Shown: positions 1-9,592, counted from the first letter of the stretch. The stretch: DNA of 63,761 nucleotides from an uncultured Bacilli bacterium (GCA_934087515.1 CAKOIY010000002.1:1-63761), one strand, 5' to 3'. Numbers and translations: made by a program. Notes: generated by a model from the sequence alone, not told the origin.

Positions 1-135
1 GAATATGAAGCATATAGATTATTAAATGCTTCTTTGACAAATGTAACAATATATACTTATAATATGGTTTATAAAAGGGCGGTAAAAATGAATGAATTTT
101 TATCAAATGGCAAAAATAATGAAGAAAACTCATAA
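1..135 (+). CDS. 3' end of an unidentified CDS entering from the left edge (...SLTNVTIYTYNMVYKRAVKMNEFLSNGKNNEENS*)
   Basis: Frame 1 is open from base 1 to TAA at 133-135. It is absent from the ORF track because no start lies in the window. 44 aa is too little to assign a function. Confidence 0.4.
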   Translation, partial: EYEAYRLLNASLTNVTIYTYNMVYKRAVKMNEFLSNGKNNEENS

Positions 136-234
136 TTTTATGCTATACTATATTTAGTGATTGATATTTGTGTATCAATTTGTATATTGGAAAAAGTTGT
201 AGATAACTACGACACTCGCTCCAAATAATGTATT

Positions 235-277
235 AAAAAGATAGAGCCTGATAAATTTGATAAGCTCTATCTTTTTT
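235..277. terminator. Bidirectional intrinsic terminator between the left-edge CDS and gpsA
   Basis: AAAGATAGAGC (237-247) pairs with GCTCTATCTTT (264-274). It is flanked by an A-run upstream and a T-run downstream. Confidence 0.6.
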
Positions 278-291
278 ATTCTATTTAAATA

Positions 292-1266
292 TTATTTTTT
301 TGTTATTAAGAAGTTTATTAGTTCTTTTGGATCTTTATTTTTGTATATTATGTTATATATCATATTTATGATTGGTATTTTTATTTTTTTGTTTTTAGTT
401 AGATCATATATTGATTTTAATGTATATAATCCTTCGATTGTGGTGTTTTCTATGTAGTTATTTATTTCTTCTTTTGATTTATTTTGTCCAATCATTTTAC
501 CTAGGTTAAAGTTTCTACTTTTATTACTTGTACATGTTAGATATATGTCTGCGAATCCTGCATATGATAGGATTGTTTTTTTGTTTCCGTTTAGTTGATA
601 TATTAGTTCTTGTATATCGTTTAATGCTTCGGTTAGAAACATTGCTATTGTTGATTCCGGCATATTCATTCCATGAAGGATTCCTGATGCTATGGCGAGA
701 ATATTTTTTATTGAACCACATATTTCTGTTCCTTTTATATCTTTGGTTGTTCTTATTTTTGTGTTATTTGTTTGTAGGGCTTTTGTTATTATTTTTTCTG
801 TTTCTTTATTTTTTGTTGCTAGGGTAAGTCCAATTGGGGAATCGTTTATAATATCTACTGCAAAACTTCCTCCGGAGATTATTCCATATTTTTTATTGTG
901 TATATATTTTTTTAAGATATTATCGGGAAGTTTGTTTGTTTTTTGCTGTATTCCTTTGGTTGCTAGACATATGTGTGTTTTTTTGTTTATGTTTTTTATG
1001 CTTTTAATTGTTTCTTCTAGAGCATTTGTTGGAATTGCTATTAGAATTAAGTCTTTGTTTTTTATACTTTCTTCTAGGTTAGTTGTTATTTTTATATTTT
1101 TTGGTAATTTGTAGTTTGATAATTTGTTTTTGTTTGTTCTTTTTGTTTCTAGTTCTTCTTGTTCTTTGGTGAATTTTGTCCATATTGTTATATCGTGATT
1201 GTTTTTATTTATTATGTGGGCTAGGGCTAGGCCATAGGCTCCTGCTCCTAATATGGTTATTTTCAT
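292..1266 (-). CDS. gpsA: NAD(P)H-dependent glycerol-3-phosphate dehydrogenase
   Basis: 324 aa with an N-terminal MKITILGAGAYG Rossmann motif and a family-typical layout throughout. GGAGGG SD upstream of the ATG. Confidence 0.9.
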   Translation of the reverse strand: MKITILGAGAYGLALAHIINKNNHDITIWTKFTKEQEELETKRTNKNKLSNYKLPKNIKITTNLEESIKNKDLILIAIPTNALEETIKSIKNINKKTHICLATKGIQQKTNKLPDNILKKYIHNKKYGIISGGSFAVDIINDSPIGLTLATKNKETEKIITKALQTNNTKIRTTKDIKGTEICGSIKNILAIASGILHGMNMPESTIAMFLTEALNDIQELIYQLNGNKKTILSYAGFADIYLTCTSNKSRNFNLGKMIGQNKSKEEINNYIENTTIEGLYTLKSIYDLTKNKKIKIPIINMIYNIIYKNKDPKELINFLITKK

Positions 1267-1319
1267 GTTATCCCTCCATAATTTAATTTTATCATATTTT
1301 TATATTTTGTATATTTTTT

Positions 1320-1345
1320 ATGTCAAATTTTTATATTTTTGACAT
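1320..1345. promoter_or_regulatory. Perfect 8-bp inverted repeat ATGTCAAA-N10-TTTGACAT in the divergent gpsA / surface-protein intergenic region
   Basis: Each arm reads TTGACA toward one of the two divergent genes. These are either back-to-back -35 boxes or an operator. Confidence 0.35.
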
Positions 1346-1409
1346 TTTTTGTTAGTTTTTCTTTTCTTTTTTGAAATTTGTGTTATTATTATAGTAGGAG
1401 GAATAATAT

Positions 1410-3140
1410 ATGAGAGTTAAGAATTTTTTAAAGTATTTTGTGATTTCTTTAGCATTTTTATTTTCATTTGGATTTGTTAATGTAAATGCTGAGACGTTAC
1501 AAAGTATGATTGATGGATCTACAACTGGAAAGATAGTTTTAGATCAAAACTTTACTGAAAAAGCAAGTGTTGCTAAAGGTAAAAATATTACTATTGATTT
1601 GAATGGTAAGACTATTACTGGTGCGATTGAGGTTAAGGGAACTTTAACAATTAAAGATTCTAAGACTGGTGGAGCAGTTATAGCTAATACTGAAAAAAAT
1701 GCATCTGCTATTCAAGTTGAAGGTGGTAAGTTAATACTTCAAAGTGGTACTGTAAAGAATGGTAATGGTTATGGTATTTATGCTCTTGAAGGTGGAAAAG
1801 TTACTGTAAATGGTGGTACTATTGATACTTTATATGCTGGACTTTCTGGTAATAATACTACTGGAGATATGCATTTTACTGTAAATGCTGGTGTTGTTAA
1901 GGCTAAATATGGTCCTGCTGTTTATGTACCTGGTCAAGTTGGTCTTGATGTAAATGGTGGTACTTTAAATGGTGGTATTTCACTTAGAATGGGGACTTTA
2001 AATATTACAGGAGGAGTTATTACTGCTGTTACTGGAGATATTGATAGTCCTAGTGAGTATTATGCATATAATGGTTGTGCATGGCTTCCAGATGCTATTT
2101 ATGTAATGGGAGGTACTTATAATTCTGCTAGTGGAAATGATTTAAGTATTAATATTACAGGAGGAGTTATTACTACTAGTAATGGACAAGGTAGTGCTCT
2201 TGCTATTTATGATTTAGGAAAAGTTAGTCAAAAGATGAATGTTTCTATTTCTGGTAGTACTAAACTTATTACTAATAGCAAGACTAGAACTGCATATGAT
2301 GTTCTTAGTTTAAGTGATATTGGTGTTACTAGTCCTAAAGCTGGATTTAATAATCCAAGCTATGTTGGAAAAGTAAGTACTAGTATAACTGGTGGTACTT
2401 ATTCTAATATAAATGATAAGTATATTGCTAGTGGTTATGATAAGAATTTAGTTAATGGAAACTATGTTGTTTCAAAGAAAGTGGTTAAGGTTGATATGCC
2501 TAGTGTTGATTTAACTAAAGAAGTTAAAGATGTTACAGTTGGTGTTACTAATTATAATGTTGTAAAAGGAGTGCTTCTTGCTTCACTTGAAAAGAGTAAT
2601 ATTAATACAGATAATATTACACCAGTTGTTGATGTAGATGTTACTAATAAGAGTGCTAGTAGTGTTTCTGATGATGTTAAGAATGTAATGCTTGATGTAG
2701 TTAGTGCTAAAGTTGCTAATGCTAAGATTGCTAGTTATTTTGATATTTCTGTTCTTGTTAAGAATGCTGCTAATGGAAATGTTGTTGGAGAACTTACAAA
2801 ACTTACTGATAAGATTAAGTTTACTGTTGCAATTCCTAGTGATTTAACTAAGGTTAAAACTGGAATGGAAAGAAATTTCTATGTAATTAGAGAACATAAT
2901 GGTGTTGCTACTGTTTTACCAACTAAGTTATCAAAAGATGGAAAATCACTTACTTTTGAAACAGATAAATTTTCTACTTATGCTCTTGCTTATAGTGATG
3001 TAGCAAGTAGTGATGTATCTAATGTTAAGAATCCTCAAACTTATGATGGAATTATGGGTTATGTAATTGTTACATTAGTTGCACTTGGTGGTGCTCTTGG
3101 AGCAGTAGTTTATTTAAAGAGAAATAGTTTAAATAATTAG
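1410..3140 (+). CDS. Secreted surface protein with beta-helix-like G/T/N-rich repeats and a C-terminal sorting-signal-like anchor
   Basis: Signal peptide (...GFVNVNA/ETL) and reiterated GGT/NGGT/ITGG repeats. The C-terminus is KNPQTYDG + hydrophobic helix + KRN tail. AGGAGG SD. Confidence 0.75.
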   Translation: MRVKNFLKYFVISLAFLFSFGFVNVNAETLQSMIDGSTTGKIVLDQNFTEKASVAKGKNITIDLNGKTITGAIEVKGTLTIKDSKTGGAVIANTEKNASAIQVEGGKLILQSGTVKNGNGYGIYALEGGKVTVNGGTIDTLYAGLSGNNTTGDMHFTVNAGVVKAKYGPAVYVPGQVGLDVNGGTLNGGISLRMGTLNITGGVITAVTGDIDSPSEYYAYNGCAWLPDAIYVMGGTYNSASGNDLSINITGGVITTSNGQGSALAIYDLGKVSQKMNVSISGSTKLITNSKTRTAYDVLSLSDIGVTSPKAGFNNPSYVGKVSTSITGGTYSNINDKYIASGYDKNLVNGNYVVSKKVVKVDMPSVDLTKEVKDVTVGVTNYNVVKGVLLASLEKSNINTDNITPVVDVDVTNKSASSVSDDVKNVMLDVVSAKVANAKIASYFDISVLVKNAANGNVVGELTKLTDKIKFTVAIPSDLTKVKTGMERNFYVIREHNGVATVLPTKLSKDGKSLTFETDKFSTYALAYSDVASSDVSNVKNPQTYDGIMGYVIVTLVALGGALGAVVYLKRNSLNN

Positions 3141-3147
3141 TTTACGA

Positions 3148-3172
3148 GGACTAGAGAAATCTAGTTCTTTTT
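3148..3172 (+). terminator. Intrinsic terminator
   Basis: GGACTAGA-GAAA-TCTAGTTC hairpin followed by a T-run. Confidence 0.7.
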
Positions 3173-3226
3173 GTTTGATTTTGTATTTTTTGTATGTTAT
3201 CATTTATTTATGATAGGAGTGTTTAT

Positions 3227-3961
3227 ATGGATAAGAAGTTTTTTACTAAGAAAAAATTAATTATTTTTGGAGGAATTGTGATTGTTTTATTTTTAATTGT
3301 GCTTTTTTTGTTTAAGTTTTATTATCTTGAACTTTTTGCTGGTTTTTATAAAGATACTGGTACTTTTAATGCTATTTCTAATAGAGAAGATGTTACTATT
3401 AAACATAACTTTTATAATGATAAGTATTTTGAAGGTATGGGGATTAAGTTTTTAAACATTTTTGGTGATTGTTATTTGTCTTCTGAGGGAAAAGATTATA
3501 GTGGTTATATTTGTGATAAGGGTGCTTTTGTTATATCTACTGCTTCTGGTTTTGTTTCTTCTTTTAATAAGGGTGATTTTATTAATAGTGATATTTCATC
3601 TAGTTGGAATAAGAAGATTCATAAGGAGTTTTTAAGAAGACATAATATTAAAAATGATGATGATATTATTGAGTTTTTGAGTAATTATAAAGATAAGGAG
3701 CTTAGTGTCTTAGATTCTTATAATGATATTAATGATGATTATGTTGTTTCTGATTTGTTAAGTATGTTTCCTACTTATGATAAGGCTAAGTTTTATATGA
3801 TTTCTGGTGATTATAAGGGGTATTCTGTTGAGAATGATTCTTCTTATATGTTTTATATAAAGAATGATGATATGTATTATAGAATTCTTTTTGGTATTAA
3901 AAATAGTGATTTAACTAGAAATGATATTTATAAAGTTATTAGTAGTGTGGTTATAGGTTAG
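3227..3961 (+). CDS. Membrane-anchored hypothetical protein (paralog of the next gene)
   Basis: I moved the start to ATG 3227 (MDKKFF...), which has a TAGGAG SD. One N-terminal TM helix. Shares the GDYKGY motif and an (I/V)ISxVV tail with 3973..4641. Confidence 0.6.
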   Translation: MDKKFFTKKKLIIFGGIVIVLFLIVLFLFKFYYLELFAGFYKDTGTFNAISNREDVTIKHNFYNDKYFEGMGIKFLNIFGDCYLSSEGKDYSGYICDKGAFVISTASGFVSSFNKGDFINSDISSSWNKKIHKEFLRRHNIKNDDDIIEFLSNYKDKELSVLDSYNDINDDYVVSDLLSMFPTYDKAKFYMISGDYKGYSVENDSSYMFYIKNDDMYYRILFGIKNSDLTRNDIYKVISSVVIG

Positions 3962-3972
3962 GTGGTGTTAGT

Positions 3973-4641
3973 ATGAAGAAAATTTTTAAAGTATTGGGTA
4001 TTATTTTTGGAAGCATTGTGTGTTTGGGATTTATTTTATATGTTACAGGTTTTATTTTTTGTTATAAGTTTATAAATGTTACTAATGATGAATATAAGGC
4101 TATTACTAATAGAATACATATTAAAGATGATGTTAGTATTAAAAGTAAGAAGGTTTCTAATTATGTTATTTTAGGAGATGTTAAGTTTAGAGATGATTTT
4201 TCTAAGTTTAAACGTGTTTCTTATGATGTTGATGATGATGGTTTTGTTAGTGCAAGTTATAAATATAAGGATAAGGTTGGTAAGAGGTTTATTTATTTTG
4301 ATTTTAATTCTATGAAGGATGATGATTCATATAATCCAAATAGTGATGAAATTAAGTATGTTAAGAATGCTAAACTTAAGAGTATTAATTTTAATGTTAT
4401 GAATATTATTAGTAATTCTGAGCTTTATCTTGATGCTGGTAATTATTTAGATGATGAGATTACGGAGTATTCTTATATTACTGGTGATTATAAGGGATAT
4501 ATTAAAAATAATTATTATACTAAGTATAAGATTGTTATTTTATATAATAATGGTAAGGCTTATGAATTTGATTTTGATGGACATGGTTATTTTTCTGATA
4601 AGTATATTTATGATTTTATTAGTACTGTGGTATTTTTATAG
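3973..4641 (+). CDS. Membrane-anchored hypothetical protein (paralog of the previous gene)
   Basis: N-terminal TM helix, GDYKGY motif and ISTVVFL tail. GGTGG SD. Confidence 0.6.
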   Translation: MKKIFKVLGIIFGSIVCLGFILYVTGFIFCYKFINVTNDEYKAITNRIHIKDDVSIKSKKVSNYVILGDVKFRDDFSKFKRVSYDVDDDGFVSASYKYKDKVGKRFIYFDFNSMKDDDSYNPNSDEIKYVKNAKLKSINFNVMNIISNSELYLDAGNYLDDEITEYSYITGDYKGYIKNNYYTKYKIVILYNNGKAYEFDFDGHGYFSDKYIYDFISTVVFL

Positions 4642-4658
4642 ACCAATTGGTCTTTTTT
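4640..4658 (+). terminator. Intrinsic terminator
   Basis: AGACCAATTGGTCT palindrome followed by T6. Confidence 0.55.
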
Positions 4659-4662
4659 CTAT

Positions 4663-4709
4663 AAAAAAAAAGTATACATTTATTCTTTGTTCTTTGTGTA
4701 TACTTTTTT
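4663..4709. terminator. Bidirectional intrinsic terminator
   Basis: A-run, then AGTATACA ... TGTATACT stem, then T-run. It serves the convergent ABC permease gene. Confidence 0.6.
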
Positions 4710-4718
4710 AATTAATTT

Positions 4719-5492
4719 TTAATCTATGTTTACTCCTTTTTTAAATGTATTGTTTCCTACTATGTATAGGATTATGTTATATATTATGTATATTATTGTA
4801 CTTAGTGATAATATTTGTTTTAGCATTTTTGGAGTCATATTATTTGTTTTAAATAAATCCATTATTTGTTGGTTGAATAGGCCAACTATAAATATTATTA
4901 TGAGTATTAGTGCTTGCATTAGGAAGTATATTATTATGCCATATATTAAGGATTTTACTAGTTTATTATTGTTTTGTTTATATCCTAGGATTATTGCTGT
5001 TATTCCTGTTAGAATTAGGAATAGCATTTCTAGATAGAATATTATTATACTTATTATTATTGTTGTATTAGTAATATTTATTTGATTTAGGATATTTTTT
5101 ATTACTTCAATATTTTCTTTTGAATAGTAACATATTAGTAGTGATATTATTATTACTATAAAACTTGTTGTTAGAGTTATTATTGATGTTAGTATTTTTG
5201 ATAGGTATAGTGTTTCTTTTTTTATTGGTAGGGTATGTGTTAGATAGGATTCATCGCTGTAGAAGTTTTTTATTGTTCTTCCCCATATTCTTAATATGTT
5301 ATTTATTAGGATATTTATTAGGAGAGTTATGGTTATTCCTTGCATTATTTTTCCTATTATGGAGAATAGAACTCCTTCTTGTATATTTAGAAATATTCTT
5401 GTTAGTATTGCGAATATTATACTTAATATATAGAAGATTGTTAGGGCTTTATAAGACCATTTTAGGTCATATTTTAGTAGTTTTTTTAGCAT
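4719..5492 (-). CDS. ABC-2-type transporter permease
   Basis: 257 aa with about 6 TM helices. Overlaps the upstream ABC ATPase gene by 7 nt. Operon context with a GntR/YtrA-type regulator. Confidence 0.65.
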   Translation of the reverse strand: MLKKLLKYDLKWSYKALTIFYILSIIFAILTRIFLNIQEGVLFSIIGKIMQGITITLLINILINNILRIWGRTIKNFYSDESYLTHTLPIKKETLYLSKILTSIITLTTSFIVIIISLLICYYSKENIEVIKNILNQINITNTTIIISIIIFYLEMLFLILTGITAIILGYKQNNNKLVKSLIYGIIIYFLMQALILIIIFIVGLFNQQIMDLFKTNNMTPKMLKQILSLSTIIYIIYNIILYIVGNNTFKKGVNID

Positions 5493-6181
5493 TTGAAGTA
5501 CCTCCTGAAAATTTCATCTATGGATTGGTTTTCTTTTTCTCTTAGTTTGTCAGTAGGGGAGTTTAGGATTATTTTTCCTTTGTCTATGAATATTACTTCG
5601 TCTAGTATTTTTTCTATATCTTCGATTAGATGTGTTGATATTATAATACTTGCGTCTTCATCGAAATTGGTTAGAATGGTGTCTAGTATGTAATCTCTTG
5701 TTGCAGGATCTACTCCTCCGAGTGGTTCATCTAAAATGTAAAGTTTTGCTTTTCTGCTCATTACGAGGATTAAGGTTAGTTTTTCTAGCATTCCTTTGCT
5801 CATTTTTGATAGTTTTTGTTCTTCATTTAGGTCTAAATCTTTTAATAGTTTTTTTGCTTTTTCTATATTAAAATTTTGGTAGAACTCACTAAAGAATGTT
5901 AGTGTTTCTTTAATAGTCATTGATTTATCTAGATAGGTTCTTTCTGGAAGATAAGATATTATTTCTTTTGATTCTGGTCCTGGTTTCTTTCCATTTATTA
6001 ATATTTCTCCACTTGTTGGGGTAAGTAGGTCATTTATTAGTTTTATTAAGGTTGTTTTACCAGTTCCGTTTTTTCCTAGAAGACCAATTATTTTATTTGG
6101 TTTTATTGTTAGGTTTATGTTATCTAGGACTATTTTGTTATCAAATTTTTTGGTTAGATTTGTACATTTTACTAAATCCAT
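5486..6181 (-). CDS. ABC transporter ATP-binding protein
   Basis: Walker A GKNGTGKTT, signature-like LSKGMLEKL and Walker B LYILDEP. Confidence 0.9.
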   Translation of the reverse strand: MDLVKCTNLTKKFDNKIVLDNINLTIKPNKIIGLLGKNGTGKTTLIKLINDLLTPTSGEILINGKKPGPESKEIISYLPERTYLDKSMTIKETLTFFSEFYQNFNIEKAKKLLKDLDLNEEQKLSKMSKGMLEKLTLILVMSRKAKLYILDEPLGGVDPATRDYILDTILTNFDEDASIIISTHLIEDIEKILDEVIFIDKGKIILNSPTDKLREKENQSIDEIFRRYFKC

Positions 6182-6182
6182 A

Positions 6183-6545
6183 TTATTCTCCTTTCGTATT
6201 TTGCAAGTATGTTATGGCTTCCTGTTTGGTAAAACCTAAGTTTTGCATGTCATTTAAGTAGGTAATTATTTTTTCTTTTGCTAGCTCTTGTTTTATTTTT
6301 TTTATTAGTTTTATGTTTTTTGTTACGTATTTTCCATTTGTTCTTTCAGTGTAGATTAGTCCTTCTAGTTCTAGTTTTTCTAGAGATTTTTGAACTGTAT
6401 TAGGATTAATTTTTATTTGCATAGCTAGTTCTCTTACTGAGGGTAGTTTTTCATTTGGTTTTAGTTTTCCAGATGCTATGTATAGTTTTAGGTGATTGGT
6501 TAGTTGTGAGTATATTGGACTATCGTTTGTAAATTTAAAGTTCAT
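6183..6545 (-). CDS. GntR-family (YtrA-subfamily) transcriptional regulator
   Basis: Short GntR winged-HTH (KLPSVRELAMQIKINPNTVQKSLEKLELEGLIY). I moved the start to ATG 6545 (MNFKF...), which has a GGAGG SD. Confidence 0.85.
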   Translation of the reverse strand: MNFKFTNDSPIYSQLTNHLKLYIASGKLKPNEKLPSVRELAMQIKINPNTVQKSLEKLELEGLIYTERTNGKYVTKNIKLIKKIKQELAKEKIITYLNDMQNLGFTKQEAITYLQNTKGE

Positions 6546-6628
6546 TGTTACCTCCTTATATTGTATTACTTGTATAATACAATAATACATTTAGTTATGC
6601 TTTTTGTCAATAAAAAAAGTAAGTTTCC

Positions 6629-7339
6629 TTACTTAATTATACTACTATTTTTTCCTGTTACTAGGGCTAAGAATGATTCTATATTTTTTAGTTCTTTGAT
6701 AGCAGATTTTTTGTCTGCTTTGGACATTATTCTTCCTTCAATACTTTTTGATTTTTTTATGTTGTAATGTATGTTTGTTTTGTTATAGGTGTTTTCTATT
6801 AAAAACTTATAATGTTTAAATTTTTTTATATTTTGGTTATTTATTATGGTATCTGTAGTTATTTTTTTTACGGGAAATGGATACATATGATGAAGGATAC
6901 CATCTATTATTTTTTCTCTTTTTTCTTTGTTTTTAAAGTATTCTGGAAACCAGGTGTAAGAGTTTATAACTGCTTCGACAGGATGTATAAATCCGTGGTT
7001 TTCTGCTTTTATTATTGATTTTTTTTCCGCGTTATTTTGCCAAGGGTTGGTATATAAATCGTGGAATAAGGAGATTAGTAAGGCAACTTCAAGATTAATT
7101 TTTTTTAATGGATGTTTTAGTTTATATATTTTTATCATTCTATAGGTTAATATGGTGTCTTTTATGATGTGTTCTCCTAGAGTTGTGTTTCCATGATGGT
7201 AAAATTCTTCGGTACATCTTTTTTCAAATTCTTCGTGCATAATTATTTTTTCTGTTATGTTTAGAAATTCTTCTTGTTCTTTGAGAGTAAAGTTTTCTGA
7301 TAAAAAATTTTCATTTATATATTGCATTGCTTTTGTCAT
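6629..7339 (-). CDS. HD-domain metal-dependent phosphohydrolase
   Basis: H...HD signature (GEHIIKD..., LFHDLY, HHMYP). GGAGG SD. Confidence 0.55.
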   Translation of the reverse strand: MTKAMQYINENFLSENFTLKEQEEFLNITEKIIMHEEFEKRCTEEFYHHGNTTLGEHIIKDTILTYRMIKIYKLKHPLKKINLEVALLISLFHDLYTNPWQNNAEKKSIIKAENHGFIHPVEAVINSYTWFPEYFKNKEKREKIIDGILHHMYPFPVKKITTDTIINNQNIKKFKHYKFLIENTYNKTNIHYNIKKSKSIEGRIMSKADKKSAIKELKNIESFLALVTGKNSSIIK

Positions 7340-7397
7340 TTTGTTATAACCTCCTTTTTTTGCTAATTATACTATATATTTGGATAGTTGTCTATTT

Positions 7398-8096
7398 TTA
7401 ATTTTTTTCTTCATATAAGCCTACTGCCTCTGTAATGGGTAGAGAGAAGATGATTCCACCACCTTCAGTTTTTAGTCCTGTTTCTTTTACTATGGCGTTC
7501 ATTATATCATTTTTTTTGTCTTCGTCAGTTACTATTAGTATGACATCCTTTTCTGGCTCTATGGAAAAACCTAGAAATTGTCTTTTTGAATTTGTTTGGT
7601 AGATGCTACGTCCATTTATTAGGGTTCCTCCGCCTGCACCAGCATTTTTGGCAGTATTCATAACTTTTTCAGAATAGCCTTCTGTTACAATTGTTACTAT
7701 TAAGTGATGAATTTTATTTGCTTTTTTACTTATTTCTTTTTTTGTTTTTTGTTTCTTTTTTTCTTCTTCTTTCATATTATCCTCCGTATTTAATTTATCT
7801 AATAGATATTTTGTGCTTCCTGATAAGGGTATTGTAAAGCATATTCCTTCACCGGGTTTATCTAGTTCTAGGTTATGTCTGATACTTTCTAGTATTTCTT
7901 TTTTTTGTTTTTCGTGTATGAGTGAGAAGTATATGTATTTGTTTATATCTTCTAGGGCGAAGTATTGTAGTAGTGAAGATGATGCTGTTCCTTCACCATG
8001 TGTTGTTATGTTAAAGGGCATGTTGTATTTGTCATATAGGGGTTTTATAATTTTGTCTTCTTTGTCATTTGATATTAAACATAGTAATTCTATCAT
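7398..8096 (-). CDS. Tandem P-II-like protein partnered with the DUF1538 membrane protein
   Basis: Two P-II-like halves; the second contains LIVTIVTEGYSEKVMNTAKNAGAGGGTLINGRS. ATG 8096 has a GGAGGA SD and forms an ATGA overlap with the stop of the upstream gene. Confidence 0.6.
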   Translation of the reverse strand: MIELLCLISNDKEDKIIKPLYDKYNMPFNITTHGEGTASSSLLQYFALEDINKYIYFSLIHEKQKKEILESIRHNLELDKPGEGICFTIPLSGSTKYLLDKLNTEDNMKEEEKKKQKTKKEISKKANKIHHLIVTIVTEGYSEKVMNTAKNAGAGGGTLINGRSIYQTNSKRQFLGFSIEPEKDVILIVTDEDKKNDIMNAIVKETGLKTEGGGIIFSLPITEAVGLYEEKN

Positions 8097-9592
8097 AGTG
8101 TAGTCCTCCAATCGTAGTTTATGATTGTTTCGTCTATTTTTTTGTTTATTTCTTGTTTAGTTTTTATTTTGAAGATTATTCCTAGTAGTTGAACCATTAT
8201 AAGTGGAGATGTTGCAATAAATGCGATTAGTCCAAAGGCATCTAACATTATGTTTCCGTTTGAGGCTAGGCATACTCCAATTATGAAAGGTAGAATGAAA
8301 GTTGCTGTTAATGGTCCACATACTGAACCTCCTGTATCGAATGCTATAGCTGTAAACATTTTTGGTGATAGGAAGGTTAGTAACATTGCTAAAGCGTATG
8401 CTACTACTAGGAACCAGAATATTGGTATTTGATATATTACTCTAAGTAATGCTAGTAGAAGGGCAATTATTACTCCGATTGATATGGTTATACGCATTAT
8501 ATTGCTTGTTATACTTCCTTCGGTTATTTTTTCTACTTCATTGGTAAGAATTTTTACAGCAGGTTCAGCGAATACTACAAGGAATCCTATTACTGATATA
8601 AATGGAATTATATATTTTGTTAGGTTGTTATTTATGAATTCTTGTCCAAGAAGGAATCCTGTTTTCATAAATCCAACGTCTACACCAGTTAGAAATAGGC
8701 ATAGTCCTAGGAAAGTTGCGATTAAACCAATCATAATTTTTTTAATTTGTTTTTTGCTAAATGCATCTTTTTTGATAATGTTAAATACTATGAATAGTCC
8801 TATTATAGGGCTTAGAGATATTGATACTGATTTTATGCATTCTAAGAATTTTTCTGTATATTGTAGTAGTAAGGGTAGGTTATTGTTATAGATTGAAGTG
8901 TCATAGGTGTTTGTTCCTGAAAATAACATTCCAAGTATTAGTACCATTATTTTTGGTCCTACTGCACATAATCCAATTAGTCCAAATGTATCATTTTTGG
9001 TGTTGCTATCGGTTCTAAAGGCGGTTAGCCCTATTCCTAGTGCTAGTATAAATGGAACGCTTATAGGGCCTGTTGTAACACCACTTGAATCGAAGGCAAT
9101 TGGTATGAAGCTACTAGGTACAAAGGCTAAAAGTGCAAATACTAAAGCATAGCTTATTATGAGAATTGTTCTTAGACTTAGTTTAAATAGTATTTTAATA
9201 GCTGCTATGGTAAGCATTATTCCAACTCCTAGGCTTATTGTTAGTATTAGAGTTGTAGTTGGAATGCTAGGAATTTGTTCGGCAAGTACTCTTAAATCTG
9301 GTTCTGCGACAGTTATCATGATTCCTATTAAGAGAATTACTCCAAGTATTATTCCAATTTTTTTACTTTTGATAAGGGAACTTCCTAGTTTTTCTCCAAT
9401 CATCATCATGGAAAGATCTGCTCCAAATGTAAATAGACTTATTCCGATTATTAGAAATATGGAACTTATCATAAATGAGGTTATTACACTTTTATCAAGA
9501 TTAAATATTGAAGATATAATTGTTACTATTATACATATTGGTAAGACAATTATAGTTGTTTCTTTGAAACTTTTTTTTAAGTTATCTATCAT
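8093..9592 (-). CDS. DUF1538-family integral membrane protein (duplicated domain)
   Basis: 499 aa, polytopic, with two similar halves (FDSSGVTTGPISVPFILALG / FDTGGSVCGPLTATFILPFI). AGGTGA SD. Confidence 0.7.
   Translation of the reverse strand: MIDNLKKSFKETTIIVLPICIIVTIISSIFNLDKSVITSFMISSIFLIIGISLFTFGADLSMMMIGEKLGSSLIKSKKIGIILGVILLIGIMITVAEPDLRVLAEQIPSIPTTTLILTISLGVGIMLTIAAIKILFKLSLRTILIISYALVFALLAFVPSSFIPIAFDSSGVTTGPISVPFILALGIGLTAFRTDSNTKNDTFGLIGLCAVGPKIMVLILGMLFSGTNTYDTSIYNNNLPLLLQYTEKFLECIKSVSISLSPIIGLFIVFNIIKKDAFSKKQIKKIMIGLIATFLGLCLFLTGVDVGFMKTGFLLGQEFINNNLTKYIIPFISVIGFLVVFAEPAVKILTNEVEKITEGSITSNIMRITISIGVIIALLLALLRVIYQIPIFWFLVVAYALAMLLTFLSPKMFTAIAFDTGGSVCGPLTATFILPFIIGVCLASNGNIMLDAFGLIAFIATSPLIMVQLLGIIFKIKTKQEINKKIDETIINYDWRTTL

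Noticed and set aside
1-135. Left-edge fragment as the C-terminus of a PD-(D/E)XK / Shedu-like nuclease (...VTIYTYNMVYKRA...)
   Set aside because: The resemblance is limited to a hydrophobic-TY-x-x-(L/V) pattern in 44 residues. That is far too little for a call.
257-1114. ORF-track entries antisense to or overlapping gpsA (257..457, 524..721, 528..827, 692..1114)
   Set aside because: They give low-complexity F/L/I-rich translations produced by the T-rich + strand. They lie entirely inside a well-supported minus-strand gene and have no SD. The same reasoning applies to similar entries throughout the window, for example 4726..5037, 5165..5545, 8250..9617, 12111..13145, 15380..15931, 35137..36471, 48043..48462, 53195..54013 and 58323..58907.
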